From Mayamaea pseudoterrestris (Eukaryota): a stretch of DNA of 64,000 bases. The stretch covers positions 1,426,001-1,490,000 of the forward strand of contig BROI01000003.1 of the NCBI GenBank assembly GCA_027923505.1. The letters run 5' to 3'. Within the stretch, counting starts at the first letter, position 1. Each line of letters opens with the position of its first letter. A program made the position numbers and the translations under genes. Shown piece after piece: positions 17,884 to 29,774 of the stretch. The notes below the pieces were generated by a model. The model worked only from the letters and a program-made list of their open reading frames with translations, was not told the DNA's origin and ran no database searches.

Positions 17884-19862
17884 ATGAAGGTCTTAATTGC
17901 TTGTATCGCGATTTTTGGCAGTGCTGGTGCATTTATCGGCCAACGACAGCCATTTCGTCACACTCCATCATCGCTTCACCGACACCATGATATTACTCTT
18001 TATTCATCCATTACAAAAAATGATGCGACGGAACGGCTAAGCTTTCCATCGCCAGATGGTCGGCCATTGACTGTAGCTATTGCAGGAGGTGGCGTTGGAG
18101 GCTTGACAGCAGCGCTAGCCATGCTCAAGCGAGGCATTGACGTGACAGTATACGAAAAGACGGCCGCCTTTGCCCGCTTTGGAGGTCCTATTCAATTTGC
18201 ATCGAACGCATTGTCGACAATAAAAGAGATTGATGAAACGCTGTTTGAACGAATCATGGAGAAATTCACATTCACAGGAACCCGAGTTTGTGGCATCAAG
18301 GATGGACTAAGAGCGGACGGCTCATTTCGCATGACGGATAACTCGTTAGACTATTTGGTCAATCCAGATGCACCTGCAGACTGGTTTGTCAAATTCCCGC
18401 TTAAGGTACGATATTACTTTGAGTGTAAGAGGTTTGGTGGGAACATCACTCTGGCATAATTTTTGTCCGATATCTGCCCAGTGCCCACTGAGCTATGCAA
18501 GATGAATCGATGTCGATATCTTGACAAATATCACTCACTTTAATTTCCGTCGACATAGCAATGCGCCGATCTGTACGGTTTGCCTTATACTGGCGTCATT
18601 GATCGACCTGATTTGCAAGATATTCTCATGGACGAATGTAAAAAGATCAAACCTGACTTTATTGTCAACGGTAATTCCGTGACTAGCTATGCAACACATG
18701 GAGCGGGCAAGGGAGTAACGGCAACACTAGCGGACGGCACCTGCGTCAAAGCCGATGTTTTGGTTGGAGCAGACGGTATTTGGTCCGCCATTCGCAACCA
18801 GATGTACGACGAAGGTGGCATCAAGTCGACAAGCCAGGACGGCAAAGTGCGCCAAGGATGCCCCTACAGTGGATACACTGTCTTTGCTGGCGAAACTGTT
18901 TTAAAAACAGCGGACTATTACGAGACAGGCTACAAGGTTTACATTGGGCCAAAGAGATATTTTGTGACGAGCGACGTTGGCAATGGTCGCATTCAGTGGT
19001 ATGCATTTTTTGCGTTGCCTCCGGGCACTAAGAAAGCACCAAGCGGCTGGGGAGGATCTGTTCGCGATGAACAAGGCGACCCTGCTGAGAATCTTGTCGA
19101 ATACATCAAGTCTCTGCACGAGGGATGGTCTGATGAGATTATGACTGTGTTAGACTCGACACCACCAGAAAGCGTGGAGCAACGAGACTTGTACGATCGC
19201 AATCCAGAGTTGCTACGAAGCTGGGCCGACGGAAACGTTGTGCTAATGGGTGATGGTACGTGAATAGTCGACAGAAAAAGGCACCTACCGGTAGTTGCAT
19301 TCACTGACTTATGACTCACTATAAAAGGCACCTCATCGCAGCCGTTCACGCAATGATGCCAAATCTTGGTCAAGGTGGATGCCAAGCAATTGAAGACGCA
19401 TACGTCTTGTCGGAACTGCTTGCGTCGACCAGAACAACCGACAAAATTGAGCGTTCACTACAAGAATACTATAGAAAGCGAATTGTCAGAGTTAGTATCG
19501 TTCAATTCCTATCGAAACTGGCTTCAGATTTGATTATTAATGCGTTTGATACGCCGTGGAGTCCTCACGACGATCTCGGCAAATCTTGGAAGAGCTACCT
19601 CACCTTTTTCTGGAAACCAGTCCTTCAATTTGCCATCTTTCCTCTACAGTTCGCATATCTGTATTCTTTCTACCCAACGGGCAGCATCAAGGACACAGCC
19701 AAGGCGCTTGAAGAAACATGGCGAACAAAGCACTTTGCAGAGGCCGAGGCGACCTTTAAAAACGCCGAGAAGCCTGGTTATGTGTTCAACGCGGGTCCTT
19801 CATTTTTCCAGAAGGCCAACGGAGACTCGGCTCAGGAACCCGAGCTCGCCATGAAGAAATAA
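17884..19862 (+). CDS. ZEP2: Zeaxanthin epoxidase of the diatom ZEP2 type; introns 18406-18558 and 19256-19341
   Basis: AGA-F presequence; IAGGGVGGL; RFGGPIQFASNAL; GADGIWS; spliced [32 protein letters not shown] insert matches my recollection of Phaeodactylum ZEP2. Confidence 0.9.
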
Positions 19863-20174
19863 TAATGCTTTACCACACGAGCGCTATAGCGCTACATTTA
19901 AATTCCTTTGTGCCTACTCTTATCTCGCTCCCTCTCTCAAGTACATATCTATAATAAACATTTGGAACAAGCAGCACGTAAGCGGCAACGGTGCTTAAAT
20001 AAGGCCTCCCAGTCTGGGCATTGTGGCAATGGCAGTAGCTGACTAAATACCGCTGCGATGTGTGGACAACGTCACTTCTTGCTCCGTGGAATCGATGACC
20101 ATGATGGCGAGCAAGAATCATCTCCTTCGTTCCGAAAGACTTTCATTTATAAATTTGCTGTTACGAAAGCCAAC

Positions 20175-21275
20175 ATGTCCTGGTTTAGTGCAGAAGGCTT
20201 TAAAGCCAATTTGACTGGCGGCGGCGACAAGCTCAAGGGATGGGTGACTGACAAGGTAATCTCGAAGGAGACGCTCGAAAAGCTGACGCTGACAACACCC
20301 GAACTCAAGGAGGAACGCGAGCGCATGGATCAGGAGGAAAAGCGCAAGGAGCGTGTCAAGGATATGCTAGCTGGCATGCTTCCGTGGGAGACCCGAGACT
20401 CTGAACGAGATATTTTGGTGGAGGAATGCAAGGAAGCCATTTTGAAATTGAGCCACGACAAGAACGTGTTCTTCGGGCCTTATGCCATGCCTCGTTCCAC
20501 TGTAAAGCTGGACGAGAAAGACGAGAATGATGACAAAGTGGACGACAATGAGGATGCAACAGATCCGAATCTGGACGATACACCAAGCGAAAAGGGTCCT
20601 CGGGAGCCAACGGCCGAGCAGCTCGAGCGACTAAAAACTTTGGAACCTTTGCCTCCTTTGCTACAAAATTTTGAAATCGAGACTCATGTCGGTCTCATTC
20701 AGAAGATGCTAAAGGAAGATGCCAATTTGTCAAAGTTGCATTCAAAGTATGGCGTTGGCGAGTCCGAACTCACGTTTTGGAGGTAAGCGAAACGATGGAC
20801 GTTTGCATACAATTACAGTTGATTTAGTTGTCGTTGACTTACAATCTACCTTTATTGCTATTCTAGAAACTACTTTTTTCATTGCGCATTCTGTCGCTAC
20901 GAAGCGGGCCTTTCCATTGACGAGATTTGGTCGGAGAACCAGCCAATTGCTCCAACGTCTAAAGCGACTGCTGCATCTGCTCCTCGTGAGGAAGAGACAA
21001 TTGTTTTCAAACATCCAGCTGACGACGCAAAGCTTTCTGAAACGGAAAAGGCGTTTCCTGCCGAGCCAGCGACTGACGTAAAAGCTCCTCTTGGCAATTT
21101 GTCTGTCGATGACAATGAAACGTCGTCACCTGCCGCGTCGACGACGGAATACGACATGGTCGGGGACAATTTTGATCAAGACCTTGCTGGTGGATTGGAT
21201 GATACGGATGCTGGCGTAGACTATGAGCTGGACGAGCTTGAAGCGGAGATTGCGCGCGAGCTCGAAGACTGTTGA
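20175..21275 (+). CDS. BSD-domain protein (SYAP1-like); intron 20783-20866
   Basis: Splicing gives the BSD signature SELTFWRNYFFH; acidic C-terminus ending ELEAEIARELEDC*. Confidence 0.82.
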
Positions 21276-21629
21276 GCGATATATGTTTTGAAAATTGAAA
21301 TGAGACGAGCGAGTCAACATTAGCATTGGTCTATGAAACCTGACCATGTAGATACATACGAATAATTAACCTGAAACGTCACCCAAAATGTAGAGCTTTA
21401 CGTCAATTGGGTTTTAAGCAGTTGCCGTGGACTTGTTAGCTACCAGGTGCATTGAGAAACCGAAGCCGTGACTTTAACTTCAACCTTAAAACGCACTTGT
21501 GAAATGGAAGATCGCGCGTCTTCGCAGAATCTGGCGACGGAGCAACTTCACTTCGTTTCGATCCATGTCAATCAAGATCAAGGCCACTCACCTTGAAGCA
21601 TCCCTCCCCCAGCAAAGCCTTTTGAGACC

Positions 21630-22457
21630 ATGAGCACTCTCCAGCAAGGCCATTCGCATGCAGCAGTCATGCCATCAGAATCTTCTCCTCCTCACCCAGT
21701 GGCCGTGCCAGAACTCTTCCTTCACAACAGCATGAACCACCATCGCAGCCAGGCTTCTCCACGAAATCATCACATTCCTGACCGTCCATTGACTACTCAT
21801 ACGTTGCTGGGAAGTCCGATTAACAGTCGCATTCGCAGCCATTCGATTGGAAGTGCTCCAGTCTCTTGGTCGGTCTCTTCCACTCACCACCATTCGCTTC
21901 AAAACGGATCGCTTCCTACTCTCGACAGCGCAGGTCCCATATCCTCCAATCTTCCACCTCCAGAACCGTCAGTCATTCAGAAGGCCATGGAGGCAGCGTC
22001 GGCGGCGGAACGAGTCCGAGCCCGCAAGCTGGAGGAGCACGAGGCAAACATGTCGGCCGACGAGCTCCGCCACGTTTTGAAGCAGGAACGTCATCGAACG
22101 GCTCGCTTTGCCGCCGATTTGGTCGGCTTGCGGCAAAGCTCGGTGCAGTCGCAGATGGAGGCGGAAGTGATTGAGGAAGGTCGCATTAATGGACTTGTTC
22201 GCCGCTTGGACATTTTGCAGCAGGAGAAGGGTCGAATCATTGTCGAACTGGAGCGAGAGGAGGAATTGCTGACGAATACATTGATCAAGAAGCTGGACCA
22301 GGTCAAGCGCGAAAAGGCAGCTTTGGAGAAACAGATTGAGAAGGAGAAGGAAGCTCATGTTCGACTGCAGGATGAGCTTCAGGCGATGCGCACGGATAAG
22401 CACTTGCATGATGCGGAAGCACTCGAGGAGGAGGACGAGATTGAAATGGAAGAATGA
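21630..22457 (+). CDS. Coiled-coil protein, CCDC6/DUF2046-like
   Basis: EAEVIEEGRINGLVRRL..ELEREEELLTNTLIKKLDQVKREK. Confidence 0.7.
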   Translation: MSTLQQGHSHAAVMPSESSPPHPVAVPELFLHNSMNHHRSQASPRNHHIPDRPLTTHTLLGSPINSRIRSHSIGSAPVSWSVSSTHHHSLQNGSLPTLDSAGPISSNLPPPEPSVIQKAMEAASAAERVRARKLEEHEANMSADELRHVLKQERHRTARFAADLVGLRQSSVQSQMEAEVIEEGRINGLVRRLDILQQEKGRIIVELEREEELLTNTLIKKLDQVKREKAALEKQIEKEKEAHVRLQDELQAMRTDKHLHDAEALEEEDEIEMEE

Positions 22458-22521
22458 AGCAAGCAACACTACCGGTAGTAGATACTTCGAGTTTTACTAA
22501 CGGTAACTCCTTTTTACATGA

Positions 22522-22944
22522 TCACTTTTTATATTGTTGTAGGCATAATTTAACTTGCTCTTCAAGGTGATCAAGAGTCTCGCGGTCTTGCTCATCGGAA
22601 CACGTGATCGCCGCTCGAATTAGTCGTGCAACGCTTCGATCATCACCAACTGACGACGAGTGTTTCAATCTCGATGCCGCGGTGAATTCACCCAATAGCT
22701 GACCTATCCGTACAGCAGCCTCAAAATTTTGTCGATATCCCGTTTCAAATCCTTCTTGTAGCAGCGAATCTTTGGCGTCTTCGTACGCCTCGTGAAATCC
22801 TAGCGTATGGAATTGCCGTTGGACGGCAGACGCTTCAGCCACTTCCAAATCAACACTTGCAATATTGTTTGTGACTACATTATCGGTGTCTTGGTCATGT
22901 AGATGACCAAAGAACTCGTCGTCAACATGGTCCTTGCAAGCCAT
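22522..22944 (-). CDS. YAE1: Yae1-like protein (Fe-S adaptor for ABCE1)
   Basis: LGFHEAYEDAKDSLLQEGFETGY (GX3-like repeat). Confidence 0.65.
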   Translation of the reverse strand: MACKDHVDDEFFGHLHDQDTDNVVTNNIASVDLEVAEASAVQRQFHTLGFHEAYEDAKDSLLQEGFETGYRQNFEAAVRIGQLLGEFTAASRLKHSSSVGDDRSVARLIRAAITCSDEQDRETLDHLEEQVKLCLQQYKK

Positions 22945-23060
22945 GATGGATGGATGAGCGAGCGAGTGATGGGAGCTCGCCTCGGCGAATCTGGAACAGC
23001 AAGGTTCAACTGATAAAAAGCACGAATGAAAACGAATTCTATGGAACAAACGTCATGTCC

Positions 23061-23711
23061 CACCAATCTCACCGCGTACTACCGGTAGTCCTTAAGAATA
23101 GCCAGCAAAAATGCTATAAGACTACATAGTATGCAGTGAGATTGATCCACTTACCTCCTCAATAGCTCGCTTGTAGCCTGGAACATATGGGAGGGCAGAT
23201 GTCCAAAGAGCTACCATCTTCATGGTGCTAAAGTGTTGCCTCTAACAACTACCCCTGACATCCATTTTCATCCGATTTGTGCTGGCAATGCTTTGGGACT
23301 AGTATGCGGTGAGATGGGTGCAGCTACCTCATTTGAAGCTCATGTGCAGCCTGGAATATATGGGAAGGCAGATGTCCAAAGAGTGACCATCCTCATTAAG
23401 CTAAAGTGTGGCCTCCCACCACTACCCCATGTAGTTTACTTGCACCCATTTTTGCTATGCTTTAAATAAGTATGCGGTGAGATTGGTGCAATACCTCCTT
23501 GATAGCTCACTTGTAGCCTGGAATATATGAGAGGGCAGATGTCCAAAGAGTATCCATCCTCTTGGGGCTAACGTGTGGCCTCCCACTACTGCCCTGTGTA
23601 GTTTATTGCCACACATTTTTGGTGGGATATGCTTTGGAATTAGTATGCGGTGAGATTGGTGCATTTGCCTCCTCAGTTGCTCACTTGTAGCCTGGAATAT
23701 ATGGGAGGGCA
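23061..23711 (+). repeat. Tandem array A, about 170-bp unit, about 3.5 diverged copies
   Basis: AGTATGCRGTGAGAT anchors at 23128, 23301, 23469, 23642; TATGGGAGGGCAGATGTCCAAAGAG recurs. Confidence 0.9.
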
Positions 23712-23725
23712 AATATCAAAATAAC

Positions 23726-24720
23726 TGCCCTCCCATACTGTAGCTGCCAGGAATCAGCTATGGATGATATTTATGCACCAATCTCACGGCAAGCATGATT
23801 CCAAGCATAGCCAAATGGAATTGATGGAGCAGGACTACAATTGGGGGTAGGTTTGGAAGGCCATGCACTGTAGCACCATGGAAATGTGGATGTCTGGATT
23901 GCCCTCCCATACCATAGCTGCTAGGAATCAGCTATGGATGATTTTTTGCATTAATCACACCGCAAGCTTGTTTCCAAACATTGACACATGGAATTGATGA
24001 AGCAAAACTACAATTGGAGTAGTTTTGGAAGGCCATGCACTGTAGCACCATGGAGCTGGTACCTGTTTGAATGTTTGAACTGCCCTCCCATACCGTAGCT
24101 GCTAGGAATCAGCTATGGATGTTTTGCATCAAATTCACCGCAAGCATGTCTCCAAGCACAGCCATACAGGATTAATGGAGCAGGACTACAATTGGGGTAA
24201 GGTTTGAATGCCATGCACTCTAGCACCATGTAGCTGGTTTCTGTGTGGATGTCTGGATTGCCCTCCCATACTGTAGCTGCTTGGAATCAGCTATGGATGA
24301 TTTTTATGCACCAATCACACTGCAAGCATGTCTTCATGCATAGCCAAACAGGATTGATGGAGTATGACTCCAATTGAGGGTAGGTTTGGAAGGCCATGCA
24401 CTGTAGCACCATGGATCTGGTCCCTGTGTGGATGTCTGGATTGCCCTCCCATACTGTAGCTGCTTGGAAGCAGCTATGGCTGATTTTTATGCACCAATCT
24501 CACTGCAAGCATGTCTTCAAGCATAGCCAAACAGGATTGATGGAGCATGACTGCAGTTGAGGGTAGGTTTGGAAGGCCATGCACTGTAGCACCATGGAGC
24601 TGGTTTCTGTGTGGATGTCTGGATTGCCCTCCCATACTGTAGCTGCTTGGAATCAGCTATGAATGAATTTTCTGCACCAATCTCACCGCAAGCATGTCCC
24701 CAAACATAGCCAAACAGGAT
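23726..24720 (-). repeat. Tandem array A', about 180-bp unit, about 5.5 copies; inverted relative of array A
   Basis: TGCCCTCCCATA at 23726, 23900, 24081, 24259, 24442, 24625; TGCACCAATCTCAC is the reverse complement of the array A motif. Confidence 0.9.
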
Positions 24721-25045
24721 CCAAGGTCACAAAATGAAATTGTATAGTGCATTTGCTTTGTGCATTTGCCTCCTGCTTGTCGCCTGCCTCCAGATCCGCA
24801 GGAGTTGCTGGTATGTACTAACCAAATGCCCAACACCAACCTAGCAGTGGCAAACATGAAGTGCCCACAAACTATATCCATACAGTTACTATGCATGATC
24901 CAAGGGCACCAGACATTCCTCCTTGGTGAATTTGGATTGCGCATCAGCCTCCTGCTTGCCTTTTGCTTGCAGGTCAGCAGCTTCTGTTGACAGGTACTAT
25001 GTGACTGCCTAACCTAGCAGTGGCAAACATCAGATCCCCACAACC
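24718..25045. repeat. Array B, two diverged copies of about 175 bp
   Basis: GATCCAAGG at 24718 and 24897; AACCTAGCAGTGGCAAACAT at 24838 and 25011. Confidence 0.75.
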
Positions 25046-25059
25046 TCTCTGTTGACTGG

Positions 25060-26075
25060 CTTGGAGACCATGTGGAAATAACCACACCAGCTGACAGCCA
25101 AACACAAACCAGGCGCCAACCACTTGCTGAAGGAATCTTCAGTGCAGCATTGATCAGTCAACCAGGCCAATGCTGTCCTGCCATGGTAGTGGAGGGGTGC
25201 CATGGCACAGTATAGACTCCATCTCATTGTTTTATGAACATAAAATGATGAGCCTAGCCATTGTTCCTGCTATATGCCACTTGCTCTGGCACCCAAAAGC
25301 ACATGGAATGATACATTCTTGCACACAAAACCCAAAACATATATGCAATAACTGATCTACATCACATGGAATGGATTTCATGCACCAACTCTAGCCAATG
25401 CTCAAGAGAGTGTGTTGAAACAACCACACCAGCTGACAGGCAAACACCAACCAGGCTGCAACCACTTGCTGAAGGAGGCTTCAGTGCATCCTTGATCAGT
25501 CAAACAAGCCAATGATGTCCTGCCATGGTCGAGGAAGGGCGCCATGGCTTGGTATAGTCACCATTTCATTGTTTTATGAACCATAATAAGATGGGCCAAG
25601 CCATTGTTCCCGCTATATGCCACTTGCTCTGACACCCACAAGGACATGGAATGATCCATTCTTGCGCAGAAACCCAAAACATTCATGTAAGTGACTGTTC
25701 TACATCCCAAGAATGGATTTCAGGCACCAGGCTCTGGCCAAGCTCTGGCCAATGCTCCAGAGACTGTGCGAAAGCGACCACACCAGCTGACTGCCAAACA
25801 TGAGCCAGGCTCCCTCCACTTGCTGAAGGAGGCTTCAGTGCATCCTTGATCAGTCAACCAGGCCAGTGCTGTCCTGCCATGGTAGTGGAAGGGTGCCATG
25901 GCACAGTATAGTCTCCATTTCATTGTTTTATGGACCATAAAATGATGTGCCTTGCCATTGTTCCTGCATTATGCCACTTGCTCTGGCACCCACAAGCACA
26001 TGATATGATCCATTCTTGCGCAGAAACCCAAAATATAAATGTAAGTGACTGTTCTGCATCCCATGGAATGGATAT
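25060..26075. repeat. Array C, about three copies of about 350 bp
   Basis: ACCACACCAGCTGAC at 25081, 25423, 25777; shared CCACTTGCTGAAGGA and TGCCACTTGCTCTG. Confidence 0.9.
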
Positions 26076-26099
26076 CATTCATCACTCCAGAAAATGTGT

Positions 26100-26402
26100 G
26101 GTCTGATTAACAGTTTCATAAAATAAAAACTCTTTGGCTGGACTCAGCACACAATGGTGCTTGTAACCGTGCCAAACAATTGCTGTGGAGGCCCCTTTGT
26201 GGATCTTTTTCAATGGCATGACAGTTTGGTGCATGACAGTGGGTGGTTGTCACTTGAGGAAAAGATTGAAATGCAAACCAGATCTGCCTGATCAACAGTT
26301 TCATAAAATAAACACCAGGGCTGGACTCAGCACACAATGGCGCATCTATCCATGCCAGACAGGTGCTGCGGAGGCCCCTCTGTGGGTCACTTTCAATGGC
26401 AT
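26100..26402. repeat. Array D, about 1.6 copies of about 185 bp
   Basis: CTGATYAACAGTTTCATAAAATAAA at 26103 and 26288; GGCTGGACTCAGCACACAATGG twice. Confidence 0.8.
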
Positions 26403-26732
26403 TAGCGTCACTGGAGATACGTGTAAAGTACACGTGATACGGTTGTTTTTCAATGCGACAAAATATATGTCGCAACGTTACACAGACAATGATAGCGCAG
26501 GGCGCGTCCCCATGTTTCCCTACCTTTGCCATCAATACCTTTTAAAATCACTTGAACGTCCAATACTTCGTTGTAAACAAGTGTATCAGCAAGCTATTAT
26601 TCAGTATACTAGTCTTGACATAATACACTGGACTCACAATCACCTTTGAACGCTGCCTTCAAGGCGGAGGAAGGAGCAGCAGCCGCGACTGACGGAGCCG
26701 ACCCTGAAACGACATTCGGCGCACCAGCAAGC

Positions 26733-29665
26733 ATGACTAAAACTGCAGCCTCATTCAACGTTGAAAGAAATTCGACATCGGATCATCATCCCCATCATCA
26801 TGGCAGATCCCAGCATAGATGCCCTCCGAGTATCCGAATTATATGTTCATGTATTAAAGACTTTGCTCCATTTGCTGCTGCTGCAATTATCAACTTTCGA
26901 ACGGCGGCCGATGTATTGCCGATTGGCTTACTGCAGTTGATTCTTTTCAACGCAACGACGACTTCCTTTGCCTTTGGTGCAGCCTATTTGATTTTCATGT
27001 CGCTTTGGTTTCCGTTTAAGTTGCTGTCGCTGTTGATTACGGAAGTTGGCGTCTACATGTTAACCATTTGCGTAGTGTTTAGTCTTGGACGAAGCATCAT
27101 ACGACTCATTGCGTTTCCTGGCGCTTGCTCCAAGGTCACATCCGAAATTGAAGGCGAGTTTACGAAATATTCGGTTCGAATGATTACTTTGGCTTGCGAA
27201 AGTATCATGGAGGTAGCACAAGCGATTGTTTCGTCGAATCCAAAATCTGCCAACCGTCGAGCCAACAACAATACTCTTTACGATTTACCGATTGTTTGGA
27301 GCCGCGCCAAGAGCTATCGCGATCGCATTCTTGGTGTCTACGTTGAAGTACTCCTTTACGTGTACCAAGAATCACCGCTTGATTCGTCTAAACCAACAAG
27401 TGTGATGCCGGCCGACTTGACTCGATTCGGCAACAATCGACTCTCCGGCGACGTTGGTGATTTGTCGGGTCTGTCGCCACAAGCTAGAACGGACGGTCGA
27501 GAGTTGATGAAGCGTCTTCAACAGGTAATATCTTTACTGGATGGACTTTGCTTGTTGGCGCGACCTGTTTTGGAGGCAGGGCTGGGCCATTCGACAAAAA
27601 AGAATCCACTAAATGACGAAGCCTTCGCGGCAGCCTCTCAGCTATTGGTGGCTACCACGGAGCTGCGAGATTGCGTGCAATCGCTACGGCCAAGCGCATC
27701 GTCGACAAACACTGACGAAGAGAACGGAGATGAGGAGGAGGATTTGTCCATGGACACGATGCGACGGAAATTTGAGGAGCAAGGATCGTTCAAGGATATG
27801 GTTCAAAATGGAATTTCATCCGTTCTATCCATGATTGACCCGCCACCGCATCATTCTATCTTTGGCCTTGACGTTCAGCGTGGTTGCATGATGAGCCGCT
27901 ATCGCGGATGCCGGCAATTTTGGGTGAAGCGGCCAAAAGGAGGCATGATCGACGTGCTGCATTTTCCAGGCATCCTGGGCAATGGGTTAGACGCTACAGG
28001 CAATAAATCTCGGGCGGTGCTTTACTGCAATCCAAACGCGGGGCTGATTGAAGTGTCTGCCGGAATGAGCTTGGTGGGAGGCAACCTGCCGTCGGCCTCG
28101 GCTGATTCGTCACCCGACGGAAGCTGGGTGGACTACTACATGTCAATGGGACTTGATGTATACGTGTTCAATTACGCAGGCTATGGACGAAGCTATGGAA
28201 CAACGACATGTTCAAATATGTCGTCAGAAAATGCTTATCATCCAGGTTTATTTGCTCGACTCGCCAGGATATTTCGATCAACCTTCTTGGCCTTTACGCC
28301 AACGCCTCATAGTCTACGATCCGACGCTACGTTTGTGGCTCAACACTTGATAAATGATGAAGGCGTGAATGCGCTTATCATTCACGGCGAGAGCATTGGC
28401 GGTATGGCAGCCGCTGGAGCTGGGAATGTTCTCTCACACGCATTGAACACTCAGCACAAACTTGCCCTTCTAGTTTGCGATCGTACATTTTGTAATCTCG
28501 AAGCTGTCGCACAGCGCCTTGTCGGTGGCTGGAGCGGCTATGCTATTCGATGCCTTGCCCCATTTTGGAGCACCGATGTTGCCGGTGACTTTGTGGCTGC
28601 CGCATGTCCCAAGATTGTTGCAAATGATGCAGCAGATTGCATCATTAACGATGCCCCAAGCTTAAAGTCCGGAATCGCATTGTGGAAGGAACTGTTACGT
28701 TCTAACAGGACAACGAGAGGCATCGGGTGGTTTACCGAAGACCCTCTGCAGTATCGAATGGCAGAGTTTGAGAATTGTTGCGTCAACGAGTCCAAATACA
28801 TGGCCGGGCAGAGTCTGTTCGGCGTCAGGTCGCCAGTCTGGCCTGCTGATAAACACGTCTCCATGGAAGAAGCCTTTCATTTTGCCGCCTGCTGCAAGAG
28901 AATTGGAAAAGTTGCAAAAGACTATCGCGTCGCGACCCATAACACGGAGGAAGCCATTGAGTTTAGCCAAGCGCTTGAAGCGATATCATCGTCCCAACCA
29001 TTGGTTTGTGGGGCATGGAAGGTTGTAGCTTGTTGCGATGGACTCACTGGAGCCCCACTCGGTGTATCAGTGAAGCAAGGTTATGATTCGACGGTGGCCT
29101 GGTTGTGTGCTTGTCTCGTGTACGGTCCACAACGCGTTCTCACTTTGGCCGAGGCCAGGAGGCGCAAGTCCGCAACTGCGCCGGATGCCATTGATGCGGC
29201 TGACTTTGACGCCCGCCCGCCTGGCTTTGAAAGCGAGGAGAGTGATGTTTTGATTCACCCGAAACCAATTCCTGAAGTGGTTCGCAATTTAGTGGAGATG
29301 TTGGAGCTTGGCGATGAGTCGTTCTCGCAATGTACGTCTACTGGCATTCTTTTTTGTTTGCTAATTTGTCGGACCATCATTACTCACCCTGCCATTCCTT
29401 TCCAGTGTCGCATGAGTTTCAATACGTACTAGGTACGCTGCAGTATCTACAAGAACGTCTGTCATCAACAACGTCTATTGACGCAGCTCGCACATGTCGA
29501 AAGCTTGACCCTCCCATGGACGCAAGTATTGGATGTTACATGAACCTGCACTGCGGCCACAATAACCCCTTCTCCAAGGATGAAAAGGCGGAGCTAAAGG
29601 AATTACTGGAACGAGCATTAGCCGCTCACGACGATTGCTCGTCGTTGGAGCTTGCCGTCGTTTAA
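26733..29665 (+). CDS. Membrane-anchored alpha/beta-hydrolase (ABHD-like); intron 29332-29405
   Basis: N-terminal TMs; YCNPNAG; FNYAGYGRS; nucleophile elbow HGESIGG; DRTFCNL; CGHNN His in the last exon; in-frame splice. Confidence 0.8.
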
Positions 29666-29774
29666 CCATAAAACAATCAGACGATTTAAATCGACATGCA
29701 CATAAGAATAGATTCAAAAAATGCAATGCCTATGCATGTGCGGTGGCTTTACATTATAAGCGTGCTGGCTCCTC

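Noticed and set aside
23233..26649. Short ORFs in the satellite island
   Set aside because: Translations of CpG-decayed repeats, rich in Met/His/Trp/Cys, with no domain motifs
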